A stretch of DNA of 64,000 bases from Octopus vulgaris (Eukaryota), in assembly GCA_951406725.2 (NCBI GenBank), contig OX597817.1:21576001-21640000 (forward strand), read 5' to 3'. A program made the translations under genes and the position numbers. Shown in pieces: positions 38,948-53,754 of this stretch; the first letter of the stretch is position 1, and the number at the start of each line of letters is the position of its first letter. A model generated the notes under the pieces. It made no database searches, was not told where the DNA came from, and saw only the letters and a list, made by a program, of their open reading frames with translations.

Positions 38948-41900
38948 GCACATACACACATATATACATATTGGATTAATTTATATATAAAATTCATCTT
39001 CGCTCCAATATACTGGTTTAATGTAGTTCCGAGTGAAATGTTAAGGGAAAAAAATCGAGTTTCTCTAATGAGGTTTCTTCCCAAAATCTGTACATACGGT
39101 ACACAAGGAGCAACATAGCCATTGTTATGTGCTGCGTATGATTTTGTAGTTACTACATCCTTTATACGTATATAATCATGTATCATTGTCTTTTTATTCA
39201 CCACATGGTGTTGCTTTGCCACACAAGAGGTACTAACAAAAACGGGATAATCGCAATTTACATTTGTTGCTTATATTTTGTTCACTTCACTTACATCGAG
39301 AAGCCGACACTAATATACAAGGCTTTTCTTCCTGGTAACAGCAGAGCTGGGATTTATGTAAATTTTCAGTGATTTTTCTCTATTAATAGCAGAGTCTAAG
39401 TATTCAAAAATTACATTTGCTGATTGAATGTGTCAAATAGCTTCGACTAGTTCTATAAGAGTGATCTTATGAATAGGAATTCTCATTGTTGCAGCATTTT
39501 TTACAGTATTTTAAATTTTCAGAACAAATTCTATTCTGTCAAATATTTGTCTTGTAGCAGTTCAGCCATTTACAAACACGTGGAAATGCAATTTATAAGC
39601 CAATATCGAAGAATGAAGCTGACTACAACTGTTTAAAATAGGCTCGTTGAATATAATTGGCGGTGCGCCTTTAGTTTTCTTTCGAATATTTTTGTGCAAA
39701 AAATTCCTTAATGATGTTCATTGACTGAAGCATAAATCAGTCAGTCTGAAGATAAATCTGTAACTAATTTCCCAGTACTTTGTTCTCAATGATTTCGTAT
39801 ACTGTCTCCATAGTTATTAGTTTCCGCTAGCATTGTCTAACGTATGCTTTCGTTTTAACACACTTTTAAGACAAATAAGTAGGGCGGACGCAGATTTTTA
39901 AAACAGAATATGCAAGCATCTTTAACATGCAAATAAACATGCAAATTAAGTGAATGTGTAAATCGAAGAACAAACGCTCACGCTTAAAATACACATCTTC
40001 CCGATATTGGATGTTATTCCTTATGCCATTGGAAATTTACATGAGCACATTGCAAAACTCATATGCATACACATATTATAAGACACACTCACTCATGCAT
40101 AATTATATGTATACATACGTACACACATACATACATTTTAGCATCAATCTGTAAGACGTCTGCATATTCTTGTATATATTAAAGTCGTCCTGTAGTTTAT
40201 GAGCTGAAGGTTGGCTCAATGTTTTTCTTTAAAGTTTTAGCCTATGTTGCTAGAAACATTCTGGCTAAAATTTGTATAAATTTTCATAATATTCAGATTT
40301 CCTTCTTTAACATTTACATACTTGCATATACTCACATACATAACACATATGCACATATGCACATATACACTTATACATGTATACATATATATATACATGT
40401 GTGTGTGTAGGTATGCATATGTATGTATTCGAGTTTATACATATATCAATCTACACGTGTGTACGATGGTAGATTCAATTACAAAATAAATAAATATTCA
40501 TATCTAATCAGCTAAAATTATGCTATAACTTCTATATATATCAAATAAAATGTATGTATATCAATACAGAAATGTATTTTAATTTCACGAATGGATGTTA
40601 AATATATTCGTATGAATCTGTATCGGAGGGAAAACAGTAGATACAAGGTTGGTATGAATTTCAGACAATTGTCTTTCGTACATATTATTCATATTTATCA
40701 TTAAAATAATGATTTAATTGTATAATGTATACACATAAATAACACCGTGCTATTTTAAATAAGATAATTAATATTGATATTATTGATCAGAAATTCCAAT
40801 TACAAAAATTCAACAACACATTTCTAGAAAATTGAACGTGTTTTCTACGAACGAATTGTTAGTCTGCTGTGATACAAAAACTAGCGTATGAAGTTGTTGA
40901 TTTGATCATTAAACGAAAGGCTACAATTTTTGGAAGCTGCATATTAAGAGTAGGAAAGGTACTTGATTGCTGAAATAGGAATATTGAAAATACAGTCGAA
41001 ATCGATATTTTGACAGTTATTTTCTTTCATTTTACGTTCACTTCCTCTCGGATTTTAAAATTATGCTGAACATTGAACCTAAAATTTGAAAAAATAAACT
41101 TCCACCAGCTTGTCTAGAGTCAGTAGCGTAGTTTATTTATCGATATCTCTTCCTTGTATTGGCTACCACACATGGTGAGCAAACAGCATCAATATAATTA
41201 TTCTGTGGAGTTTTAATATATTACCGAAAACACTCATTTAGTATTTTTGCAACAGAAATCAAATAAGAGGCAAATACTCTCATATTCAAACAATATAAAG
41301 GCAAATTGCTGCGAGGGAAACTAGATGAAACCTTTAGTTCTGTATAACTAACAAGTAGTGCTACTAGATTAGACACAGTGTGGATCACGTTTGATCGTAA
41401 ATTGACTTCATTTGTATATATATATATATATATATGAGTGTGTGTGTGCGCGTGCGTGAGTGTGTGTGTGTGTGTGTGTGTGTGCGTGAGTGTGTGTGTG
41501 TATGTGTGAATGTCTACAATATAACAGAGACGGAAATTGATAAGTTTCCGAGTATTTGCACCTACTACTACTACTACTACTAATACTACTACTATTTCAC
41601 TTTGTACTTCTCTATCTTTTCTTTTCCTCTTTTCCCCACCTTGTTCTTATCGTAGTTTTTTGGTGTTTTTGTTAGTATGAGTACTATAAATGAGGCGTCT
41701 ACAATGCCAGTCCAGCTATAAATGATATTCTATAGGGTTTACAAATTGAACGGAAAAATATAAAAAAATATTAGTGGGAAACGAAGAACTTATTAAATCT
41801 ACTCCACACAGTCTTGTTATCATTACTATAGAGACATTTCCCAGCTTTATCGATGAGAATCTATCATCCAGTAGGTTCTTGGTAGGAATCACGTAGATGC

Positions 41901-44900
41901 TTTTTCGAGGTTTTATTTTTTTCCCCACAATATGTTCTGTCGCATTCGGGGTACATCGTTTAAAGAAGTCTTACATATTTCACAATGCTAAATATAAACA
42001 AATATTTAGCATTAGTAATAGCATTAGCTGTTGCTGTTGCTTTTGTTGTATTATTGTTATTTATCTAATAATAGTTTAGATTTTATAAATGAAGCATCGT
42101 TTTCGATAATCCCTAACTAATCTCAGAATTTTTGAGGAGATCTCTTGCATGAACGAATGTCAAACATTTAGATAATCGCTCATTTTCCTCCATTTCAAAA
42201 TAATTTCAATAGCCAATACATGACCTAAGGAAATAATAATTTCCAGTTCAAATTGTACTAAAATTTATTTAATAGTTTAGTTTGATATCTTGTTGAACGT
42301 TATAGATTTCCAATAGACTATGCTTTGCGAAAGTAACATTTTATTCAGGTTTATGGTGCGTTTAACTGTTATTCTTAATTCAACTATAAATTGTGGCGAC
42401 AAATAATAATTGAAATTGATACAAATCCACCGGGAAATTCCACTTCAAATTAATTTACCATATAATTGTACCGTAATATGTATAATTAGAAAAAAATGAT
42501 TGTACATATTTTATAATTAACATCGATGATAAAAAGAGAGAAATAACGTCTATCGCTACTAAATATAAAATGAAACATAGAAAAAAAAACAAAGGTATCC
42601 TTGAAATTGTTTGAATGTGCGCGCGCGTGTGTGTAATTACCTACGGAGAACATGATTAAAAGCAAGCATTTATGGAAGTCAAGTATCATGCTTAATATTT
42701 AGCGTTGCAAAAATTAAAAGACATCATTAAGCTACAGGAACTTCATCAGATACTGAAAACAATTACTAATAACTTGTAGGTATTAATAGTAACCGAAGAT
42801 GGAATATTTGATTTCCTGATTACTTAAGTGGAAGCTTTACATTTTTTACAAATACTATGGAAACAAACTGTTAGTTACGAAAATATATTTTGCTTCAAAG
42901 GAAACATAAAATAAATGATTGAATAATTTCGTAGAAGTTATTAAATTTGGCGGCCAATACTATAAAAGACCTACTTCTGTACATAGGATATTCGCTGACA
43001 GTAAGAGAACAGATACCGTTAATAAGACGTCATAATAATGCATAATTTCTATCATTCTATCCTGCATATAGCCTCTCAAATTATTTAATCTAAAGAACCA
43101 AGTAATTTCATGGAGGATCCAACAAAGCAACGAACAACACTCATAAAATCGGCTACAAGGGGTATCCATTCTACCAGTTACGTTCGCTTTAGGATATACC
43201 GGGGATACGAACAGGAAATTATAAGTTACGCGATGCAGTATGCTGAAAGTACAATCTTATAAACAAGTTATATCTTAACAAAAGCTACTGTTTAATCTTT
43301 TAGTTTATCAGCAGTATCATTCTGTAATGCAAGAATACATTTAAACACGATCTAAATATACATAATGTTATTTCTCACTTCCCGTTTAACAATAACCTAA
43401 TGTTGTATATTAATAGTAGTTATCAAAAGCTTAATATAAGAATACATTTATACTCCTAATTATTATTACACTTTTTTGTAACATCATTGATTTCATTGAA
43501 CCACATGTTATTGAATGTGCAGAGACAAAACAAAAGCAGTTTATACTTAATCCCTTAAATGTGTCACAGAAAAAATATTATCAGAATCAGGTTTTTCTAG
43601 GTAAATCATATACAAGTGCTGTGTACCAGATATATATCAGTTGCTTAGAGATAACTATATTGAACATATTCATATATCTATGTAACATTCTAACTTTTCA
43701 AACTAACTGTTTTGAGTTTTATTCTCAATATCTCTACTCCTTATTTGTGTAGAATTTCTTGCAAAATTTCAAAGAATGCATGCAGCTCCCTGAAACAAAC
43801 AATACTTCTTCGTAATTAATAACAACAAATACATTACACAAATCATCACAAACTCACAGAATTGTTATTTTTACGCTTTTGTTTGTGCAGCATTTTGGTA
43901 TTTCCTTTAGGTGTTATGAGAAACTTTGAACCTTAATCATCTCTTGTTGGTAACAATTTCTGCCTTATGTACGGTGTATATGATTTATGCACTAGGCACA
44001 TGATTTGTGTACGCGGCCTCGTGTACAAGGCACATATCTTGTCATGGTTAAGAAACTACAGATTCCATTTTACATTAGTTAGTGCTACCAACAATACGTT
44101 TTTCGAAAGTATATGGAAGCCTCCTCCAGGCTTTGAACCACAGAGGTATATCAGTTATATCCTTATCCTTCTCTGGGGTTTCATTAAGCAACGATGAACT
44201 GTTTAATTTTTCCTACACCGAGAAAGGCTACTTTATATCAATGAGGTTCATATAGGCAATGTTTTGAGACCTACTAAATTTATCTGCAAGATAAAATCTA
44301 AGTAATTGCAGTTAGATCAATGCTTCTACGAACATCTCTTCCTGCTACATATGAAGGACGTCTGTTACACAAATAGCAATACAATGAAAGAAGTATATAT
44401 TTTATAATGACTTTGGGTATCTATAATGTTTACTGAGAAATCTTGCTTGCCAAGATTGGTGTGTATTCGGACAGTTTACTTTGATAAAACGGACCAAAAT
44501 ATATTTTCTTCACTCGTGTCGTAATTTTAATGCACAGATGTATCGTATAATAAGGGATTTCATATGTGTATGTATGTGTGTGTGTGTGAGGTTAAGATGG
44601 CATCATGTATTAAGTGTATTATTAATACTCAATCTCAAGCATTTTTGAAATTTGATGTAGCATTTATGATTTTTCTATAAACATTAATGTATAAGTTAAG
44701 GTATATTGATTACAACTGAATCCTTAATATAACAACAAAGCAGACATAATAATAATAATAAAAACAACAACAACAACAACAACAATAATAGTAACACCAG
44801 CCACGCTTTCCAGAATACTAGGTGCACGAATCCAATAACAAAATAACTGCTGTATTGAGGACAACAAGGATTTTGAGATTACTATTTGCTTGTTAAACAT

Positions 44901-45043
44901 CTTCCAGGATACTTAACTTCTAAGTATCGTTTTATACTTTGTGTAAAGAGACGCTATGAGACCTTTAAGAACACATTTCACGGATTTAATTGGAGCAAGT
45001 AGCATAGAGAGCTCTGAGAAGTAAAATTTAATAGTAATAATCA

Positions 45044-45247
45044 TTTCTACTAAAGGCACACAGACTGAAATTTTGGGGAAGGCGTAAGTCGATTACATTG
45101 AACCTAGTACTTAATTTCTCGATCTTGAAAGGAGGAATGGGAAAGTCGACCTCGCCTGAATATGAATTCAGCGCGTAATGACGGACGAAATGGCGCTATG
45201 CGCTTCGCCCGGCGTGTATGTAAATTAGTCTTCCAGCTTGCCACCTT
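45044..45247 (-). mobile_element. SINE family A (diverged)
   Basis: gaaagtcgacctcgcc core; end cccggcgtg..ccagcttgccacctt. Confidence 0.8.
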
Positions 45248-45290
45248 GATAATAATAATAATAATAAAATTAATAATAATAATAATAATA

Positions 45291-45601
45291 ATGCAGTACC
45301 AGGCAGTGGATTTCATGCAGTACCAGGCAGTGGCTTTCATGCAGTACCAGGCAGTGGCTTTCTGCAGTACCAGGCAGTGGCTTTCATGCAGTACCAGGCA
45401 GTGGCTTTCATGCAGTACCAGGCAGTGGCTTTCATGCAGTACCAGGCAGTGGCTTTAATGCAGTACCAGGCAGTGGCTTTCATGCAGTACCAGGCAGTGG
45501 CTTTCATGCAGTACCAGGCAGTGGCTTTCATGCAGTACCAGGCAGTGGCTTTCATGCAGTACCAGGCAGTGGCTTTCATGCAGTACCAGGCAGTGGCTTT
45601 C
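45291..45601 (+). repeat. Minisatellite, 13 x 24-bp unit ATGCAGTACCAGGCAGTGGCTTTC
   Basis: 13 units counted; unit 4 lacks the first A, and units 1 and 7 each carry one substitution. Confidence 0.97.
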
Positions 45602-46140
45602 ATGGCTTCTGATCTTAACTGATTGGAAGTGTTATCATGTACATTGTTTTGTCTTGGTATAAAAGATGGGCTACAGCAAATATTCTGCTCAATACCACAG
45701 ATTTGCTTGTCAGTTGTTTGACCTTAACCAGTTGAGCATGTCCCTTAGTGGCTGACGATATGTGCATCTCTGATCACGAGCAGAAGTAGTGGGGGAGCAT
45801 CATAGCCATGTGTTGAGAGGGATTCTTTGGGGTTTGAATAGTTCACCTCTGGAAACATGGGTGATTCTTTCAACATCCTTAAACAACCCTTATTCAGGGA
45901 CCTATTGAGCGGGATGGGCTACTCAACCTGAAGAAAATTCTAACTGGGCCCCACCTGCAAGGTCATGTGCTGTTTATCTTGATATGAGATCACCATGTCG
46001 CGCACATATGGTTGTGATGCATGTGCCTGGTGTACCTTTATCAGACGGGTAGTCATGATGGGTATATTGGGCTTCGTATATTTTACCCCAGTGTCACTTT
46101 GATGGCATGAACTGCTCTCTCACTCAATAATAATAATAAC
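45291..46140 (+). mobile_element. Non-coding interspersed repeat embedded in (TAA)n, probable non-autonomous retroelement
   Basis: Bounded by (TAA)n at 45249-45290 and 46126-46140; no ORF; an inverted diverged partial copy lies at 55665-56055. Confidence 0.7.
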
Positions 46141-48682
46141 ATAGTTCTTTTAACAATGTTTATGATTATTACTAGCTAGATAGTGTCACTATTTTATTTT
46201 CCACAGACTTTTCAATAATATATAAAGTAAATATATTTTTTACGAGAATCCAGACGGAAATTCCAATACTATATAAGTTGTAAGTACATTCAAACATACT
46301 CGATATAACTACAATGCCTGGGGTTGAATGTCGCGTCTCACTCGTAATATTACCACATTGAAATTTCGATTTTGTCTCACTCGCAATCATTTCTCTATCC
46401 TCGACCTTGTTATTGAACTGAATGTCAACAGCTAACATGACCATCGGAAACGATTGCCGCTTTGCTGGCACTTGACCAGATAGAAATAGTTGTGAACTCT
46501 CATGAAATTCTCATCTTATTTTCTTAATTCTGGAAGAAAACTTCGGAGAATATAGTTCTTGATTCATTTTCTTTGCAAAAAGAAAAACAGTAATCCATGC
46601 TCGAGTGCTTTCGTCCATCGGTCTTACTGATCAAATCTAACTCGGTCACTAATCTAAAGCAACATTACCAGCAATTTTTATATAACCATCTTGAAAAGTC
46701 AAAACACTTAAATTATATCAGTCAACCTTTACGAAAACAATATTTTCCAGCTTAATTTAAATGAACTGTTTTGTAGACACGTTAATCAGGTGACATTTTT
46801 TAATGAAACTTTATATTGTCCTTGTAAATAATCAATTCTCAATGGGTAGTACATTAAATAGCACTTTCTTATTCTATATTTTCAGAATTTATCTCCACTT
46901 ATTGTTAACAACATAAAGTAATATTACATTTTAATCGAATTTAAAATTTTAAAAACAAAACACGCCACATTCCCGTGTGTGACTATAACAATTCATCGAT
47001 CGTTGTCACACATTCTTGCAACTATGAAGCGACGGCGATGGCATGAGTTTTATATCACGTCTCATTGTGGTCACTACTATAAAATACCTCGCCCTCCACA
47101 TTATAATCTAACTGCTATGCCTCCTTTGAAAATCGATCACAAGCAGAGAACTGCAGATCAATCATTCTAAGTATCAAAGGGAAACCATGATGCAGAGTGA
47201 TTATATCACGCTGTTCATTCCATGTATGTTAGCTAGCAGAACATGAACACCTCTGCATGGGTGATAACTGCAAGCTGATCTCCTATGCAAAGGTTCATAA
47301 ACGTTCCTCATAACATAGAACAAAGTAATCTGTACATTGTTCCGGTATCTGATCGAACTGACAGATCAATGACCAATATTATTTTTTTTCTTTTATATTA
47401 TTTCTGAGTTTAGTATACCTGATATGGAGGTCATGTCAACAATATACGTCAAACAGGTGTACAGGGCCGTCAGTCTAGCAGGAAATTCTGGTTGACAGAG
47501 GAATATCAATCCCACAAATGATATTTTACCCTTCCAAAATACGAATAATCAATTGAGCTCCAATCTTAACGCTTTCTTTCTCTTCCTCTGGGTACAGAAT
47601 CAATTTTTCCAGCAGTAAAAGTTTGGCTCATGCAGTAAATGTAATTTGCAGTATAAATATCCTCGATGGTAACGCGGTTTCTTTTTATTGCTGACATTTT
47701 TATTGTTAATACTTCAGATTTAATGCTACGGCTGCTGCTGATATGTTGCTCCTGTTACTTTTAATTTGATCGTCGCTGTCACTACAGCAGAAGTTGTTGC
47801 TGCTACCATATCAGGGGCACCAATTCCCTACGAAAACGCACAACATTATATCATTAATACCATCTTCACTATGCTATACAAGGAAAAGAATAAGAGTGTT
47901 CGAACATTGTTGTATAAATAGAAATAAATTAAAAAATTAGTAACTTTGATAATAATTTCTTTTTAAATATGCAGAAGGCGAGTTTTGTAACAAAGACAGC
48001 ACATTATTGTTCATTGCTGATATTCCATTGTTGCTAGAATGATCTAAATTAAGTGAACGTTGCAACTTTCATTGCCTAAGTATATGGTATCTTAAATAAA
48101 GTATCTCGGAACAGTATTTAAATATATAATTTATTCAGCAAGATATATTGGTGAAGTCTATAGTGAAATATATTGATCTTTCGTATACATACAATCAACT
48201 TTACAAATTTAGAGAATTTCAAATTTAAAAGTATATAATCATTTATATAAATAATAATATAAAAACGAAATTATTATAGAAATAATGTGTACAGATTGAC
48301 AGAATTGGTATCAATTACAGCTGATACTTATTTCAAAAGAATATATATAAAAATTCAAATGTAGATTTAGGCAATTTGATCACAAACATCTTAGCAACTC
48401 TCATTGTTTGTTTTTTTTTTCCAACTATTATTGTACATATTTCCATTGAAGAAAATCACATTTATGGCGGCGTTTAAACTAGAGACAAATCCATAGGCGT
48501 CAAGAGAGTGAAATTATTGTTTGATTAATAGCTTGACAATTGGAAACACAGTTTACTGTGTTAACCAATCAAGTGGTTTTCAGGCCTAATCAGGTTCAAA
48601 AACTGTTTTTCAACCTGTTCAAATTCAGAAGAGAATTTCTATCAAAATAATCAGAATAGACACCACTGAGCGATTTATTACT

Positions 48683-48693
48683 ATAATAATAAT

Positions 48694-48753
<60 letters not shown>
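48683..48753. repeat. (AAT)n microsatellite
   Basis: Direct reading. Confidence 0.95.
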
Positions 48754-48754
<1 letters not shown>

Positions 48755-49089
48755 TGCGAAGAATGATGTGGAGGAAAATAAACGTCAAACCTCGGAGCAC
48801 TTCAACTAGAAGCAGTATTTAATGATTTGCCGTTTGTTGTGATTGTGTTATAGTTGTTATTCTTGCCCGTTTGAATATTTTATCTTGACATTAATGTTGA
48901 TGTCGTTTTTCTTCTTATAAATGAAATACGTTGTATTAACTGTATTCACTTAGAAATAATCCCTTTTGATGTTTTGTGGGGAAGTTTTCTGGAAAGCCTT
49001 CTCGATGCTAATTAGTTAGCCGTGGCAGTTCAATTTATTATTGATTTAATTTCTATGTAACATCATTGACTTCAAAAGGCAGAAAGGAC

Positions 49090-49345
49090 GTCGACGACGA
49101 CGACGACGGCTAAGAGGAAGAGGAAGGAGAAGAAGGGGAAGAAGAAGAGGAAGGAGAAGTGGATTTCGACGATGAGGCGGGCTTACGCGATCATGGATGT
49201 TGATGACGAAGAGGAAGGTGATAGGAATAACGCGAATGGTGGGCGATGTAGGGGATGTCGTGAATTATTATTTTTCACATTCTTCTTCTTTTTCTTCTTC
49301 TTCTTCTTCTTACTATTATTATTATTAATATTATTATTATTATTA

Positions 49346-49393
<48 letters not shown>

Positions 49394-49435
49394 CATCATC
49401 ATCATCGTCATCATCGATTTTGAGAACAACAACAA
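49090..49435. repeat. Compound trinucleotide tract (GAC/GAA/GAG/TTC/TTA/TCA)
   Basis: Direct reading. Confidence 0.9.
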
Positions 49436-49785
49436 CGGTGATGATATTTGTTGCAGTGTTGATGATAGTGATGATAATAATGTTAATGATGATAATTATT
49501 TCAACGAAAGATCGAAAAATATAGACATTAATGAATCAAGTAAAACGAAGCCATATATGAATCGAGAAGTGAAGCTTTAGTAATAACTAAAGTTAACTCG
49601 TTGCACTGGAGAAAGCCGAAGAATGTACCTTCTAATTAACACAAGCATGTTATAAAATTAGCTCCGTTCAGATTCAGCATCAAACTGGTGCCAACAAGAG
49701 ATGATTAAGATGGCAAAGTTTCTCATAATAACACTTACAACAAGAAAATACCAAGAAGCTGCTCAAACAAACAAAAAGAAAAAAT

Positions 49786-49846
49786 ATTATTATTATTATT
49801 ACTATTTTTATTATCATTTTTATTATTATCATTATTATCATTATTA

Positions 49847-49898
<52 letters not shown>

Positions 49899-50015
49899 CA
49901 TTACTATTTTTATTATTATCATTTTTATTATTATCATTATTATCATTATTATTATTATTATCATTATTATCATTATTATTATCATTATTATTATTATCAT
50001 TATTATTATTATTAC

Positions 50016-50061
<46 letters not shown>

Positions 50062-50076
50062 GTTGTTATTATTATT
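49786..50076. repeat. (TTA)n/(TCA)n microsatellite
   Basis: Direct reading. Confidence 0.95.
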
Positions 50077-52265
50077 GTCATTAGCAGCAACAGCACTGGC
50101 CGTAGTATATTATTTGACACTATATTAATAATGCATTAGGAACAGCGTAAAAAGTTTTTGTTATTATACTATAATCAATTGCCCTTGTGGCAATAAAATA
50201 CGACATTATAGCATAATCAATTTAGTGATGAATATAAAAATAATGATAACAAGCATTTCTATCTTTCATACAAGGCCACAAATATGTCTTTAGTGCGGAG
50301 GCGTGGAACGGACACGAATATATAACTTGTTCTTTTATACTAGGCCTGGGAGCATGAACATAAATTGGATGGACGATAAGGTTTTAACTTAGAGTTTCAC
50401 AGAAAGTAAGTAAAGGAGATTTTATTTATACATCACTCTATATAATGGTTTGTACAGATTTGATGATGGTGTCGTTAATGATGATTTATGATATAGGTTA
50501 CTTCGCATAATTTTTGTTGGGGTGTGAAGTCGTCATTTTCCGTACGGAGTCGAAATGTGAATCAATGGAAGCGTAAGGTGAAAGGGCGAATGGAATATGA
50601 TAATGTTGTGAACTGAGAACGTAAAACGTTCTACTTACTACTCAGAAAGAAAAACTTGGCTCCATACAACCGATTATTTTGATTACAATCACTCACTTTT
50701 ATGATGTTAAGCAAACATAATTGTTTCTAATTTATGCATGGGTTGTGATATTTGATATAGTTGAATCGTTGATTATATAATCTTTTCTGCTTCAATGCTA
50801 CTTTAATTTATCAATTCGAAAGAGATGAAGGATAATGTATCCTAGTTGGATTTGAACTCAGAACGCAAAGAGCCAATTTGAAAACTACAAGCATTTTGAC
50901 CGAATCTTTAACGACTCAACGAATCCACCATACTAATTGTTCCTTAGACACGAGGTTATAAATTTGGAAATTGGTTATCGGCTACAGAGATTTAGTATTT
51001 GATCGGTATTTTATCATATCTATCAAGTATCGATGAAGGGAAAATTTGATCTTAGCAAGCAGACTGAACTACGAATAAAATTCTCAAAGATGATATATTA
51101 AGAGATGGGTGTAAATCTAGTGATGATCTGGGTCTTACTTCTTACATGTAGAAATTGAGAACACGCTCCGGACAAGAGATAATAACCTTTAGTGAAGTGA
51201 AATTTTGTAAACGGAACGGACAATCATGAAGATCCAGACTCCACAGATTCCGTTTACGTTGACACAGAGCTCTAATACGGTTATATCGTAATGATAAATT
51301 TAGACTAATATCGCATAAGTAATGAGCAGTTCCGGCATTAAACTATGGAAATGTATTCTAATTAGAATTGAAAACTCTTTAAGATATCTCTCTGAGGAAT
51401 CTTTAACGTTTAACTACGGTACGAATATTTAATAATAATGTGTAATAGAATATTTCAACACAATTAACCGGAAAATCATCATATGATAACATAGCATGTA
51501 CGGATGTTTGTTTAGCATTGAAATAGAAGCGCCAGTAAATGGTTAGTTGATCTGCTAAAAATAGCAGCTAAATTTCCGTCAAACAAATCTGTAAACTTGT
51601 AAATAAACAAATGGTATGACGTGCCCTGGGTTCATTATTCTTAAATATTGATCATAAGTTTACACAGTGAAGATAGAGCTGATTTTAAACAGTAGCATGA
51701 ACTGGAATACGAATAAAAGAGAAACGATCAGATTTATACCTATTAAGTTAGATACCATGTTAATTTGATTTAAATTCAAGATTCATTAGAAAAAACAACA
51801 TAGTTCTAATTAGAATAATTTATGGCGATTTGTGCAGTTTTAGTATTGGATTCAAATCATCATAGAGGAAAATTTACTTGCCATAGTAAAATAACTTACT
51901 CAGATATAAATACACTTGGTATTCGCAAACACACAAGGAAATTTCAAATCAGCATTACCTTCACGGCTTCTTACAATTTGGAAAAGAATTGCTGTAGTAT
52001 CGTTGAGTTAAACTGAATTATTAAATTGACTGTAACAATTTGGGTAACTGTAATTGTATAAACGACAGCAGAAATATAACTGATGTATTAAATTGATTAG
52101 ACCTCACTACATGAAATCAATGTTATGGAAATTATAGTTAATGTAGGGAAAATTCAAGAAACGGGTAGAATTCTAAGATCAAAGAACTATTACATAACAC
52201 TGGTATCCTCAGATGTCAGAATATTTTACAATGAATTATCCTTTACAATTCCAATATCAATCTTT

Positions 52266-52433
52266 AGGAGTGGCTGCGTGGTAAGTAGCTTCCTTACCAA
52301 CCACATGGTTCTGGGTTCAGTCCCACTGCGTGACACCTTGGGCAAAAGTCTTCTACTATAGCCTCAGGTCGACCAAAGCCTTGTGACTGGACTTGGTAGA
52401 CAGAAACTGAAAGAGCCCCGTCGTGTATATATG

Positions 52434-52494
<61 letters not shown>

Positions 52495-52728
52495 GTGTAT
52501 GTATGTATGTATGTATGTGTATCTGTTTGTGTGTCCGAGTTTGTCCCCCAACATCGCTTGATAACCGATGCTGGTGTGTTTACGTCCCAGTAACTTAGCG
52601 GTTCGGCAAAAGGGACCGATATAATAGGTACTCGGCTTACAAAGAAAAAAGTCCCGGGGTCGATTTGCTCGACCTAAGGCGGTTCTCCAGCATGCCCTCA
52701 GTCAAATGACTGAAGCAAGTAAAACAGT
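52266..52728 (+). mobile_element. SINE family B
   Basis: aggagtggctgcgtggtaagtagcttcc..ctgggttcagtcccactgcg..ccttgggcaaaagtcttct..(TA)n..gtcaaatgactgaagcaagtaaaac. Confidence 0.92.
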
Positions 52729-52743
52729 ATACTGTATTATAAA

Positions 52744-52950
52744 TGTGGTAAGCTGGCAGAAAAGTTACACAGCACCAGACATGATGCTTAGCAAACTTGT
52801 TTCGACTTTACGTTCTCAGTTCCAACGCCGCTGGGGTAAAGTTTGTCTTTCATCCCTATCACTTGTTCTTTGGGAGGGGAAGGGGTGTTGATGTAATTGA
52901 TTTACCCCTCTCATGAAATTGTCAGCATGTGCCAAATTTGAAACCAATAT
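52744..52950 (+). mobile_element. SINE family A, degraded
   Basis: gtggtaagctggcagaa..atgcttagc..ttacgttctcagttcc..tttgtctttcatcc..gtgccaaatttgaaacc. Confidence 0.6.
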
Positions 52951-53203
52951 ATTTTGTTTTGTGATTTACTCAAATACTTTCCACTTAAGGTAATGACATT
53001 GGGAACAGGATGACATTTTAGTTAGAAATCTTTCCTCGTAACCACGCAGATTTAGCCGCGATTTTACAGTGAAATTTGTTAAGTGCCTTATAGAAATGTC
53101 GACGGTTGGAAGAGGCATAGTACATGGAAGCTACTGAGCTGAAACTATACAAACATTCTCCACTCTCTCCACCTTGACATATGTAAAATTCATGCATGCA
53201 TAT

Positions 53204-53295
<92 letters not shown>

Positions 53296-53297
<2 letters not shown>

Positions 53298-53713
53298 TCT
53301 TTTACTCTTTTACTCTTTTACTTGTTTCAGTCATTTGACTGCGGCCATGCTGGAGCACCGCCTTTAGTCGAGCAAATCGACCCCGGGACTTATTCTTTGT
53401 AAGCCCAGTACTTATTCTATCGGTCTCTTTTACCGAACCGCTAAGTGACGGGGACGTAAACACACCAGCATCGGTTGTCAAGCAATGCTAGGGGGACAAA
53501 CACAGACTCACAAACACACACACACATGCATATATATATATATACATATATACGACAGGCTTCTTTCAGTTTCCATCTACCAAATCCACTCACAAGGCAT
53601 TGGTCGGTCCGGGGCTATAGCAGAAGACACTTGCCCAAGATGCCACGCAGTGGGACTGAACCCGGAACCATGTGGTTGGTTAGCATGCTACTTACTACAC
53701 AGCCACTCCTGCG

Positions 53714-53716
<3 letters not shown>
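53296..53716 (-). mobile_element. SINE family B, full-length young copy
   Basis: Reverse complement runs aggcgcaggagtggctgtgtagtaag.. to ..aaacaagtaaaagagtaaaagagtaaaagagt; lies between (TA)n tracts. Confidence 0.93.

Positions 53717-53754
<38 letters not shown>

Noticed and set aside
45291-45601. CRISPR-like array or MQYQAVAF repeat protein
   Set aside because: Units are contiguous with no spacers, there are no cas genes, the context is eukaryotic, and a 1-nt deletion breaks the frame.
45745-45870. CTGACGA...GAAAC as a possible hammerhead in the TAA-embedded element
   Set aside because: No stem I partner or UH cleavage site in the right place.
46049-46059. gtagtcatgat identical to 11 nt of the RTE-element TSD
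   Set aside because: Surrounding sequence at 15861 shows no further similarity to this repeat; treated as coincidence.
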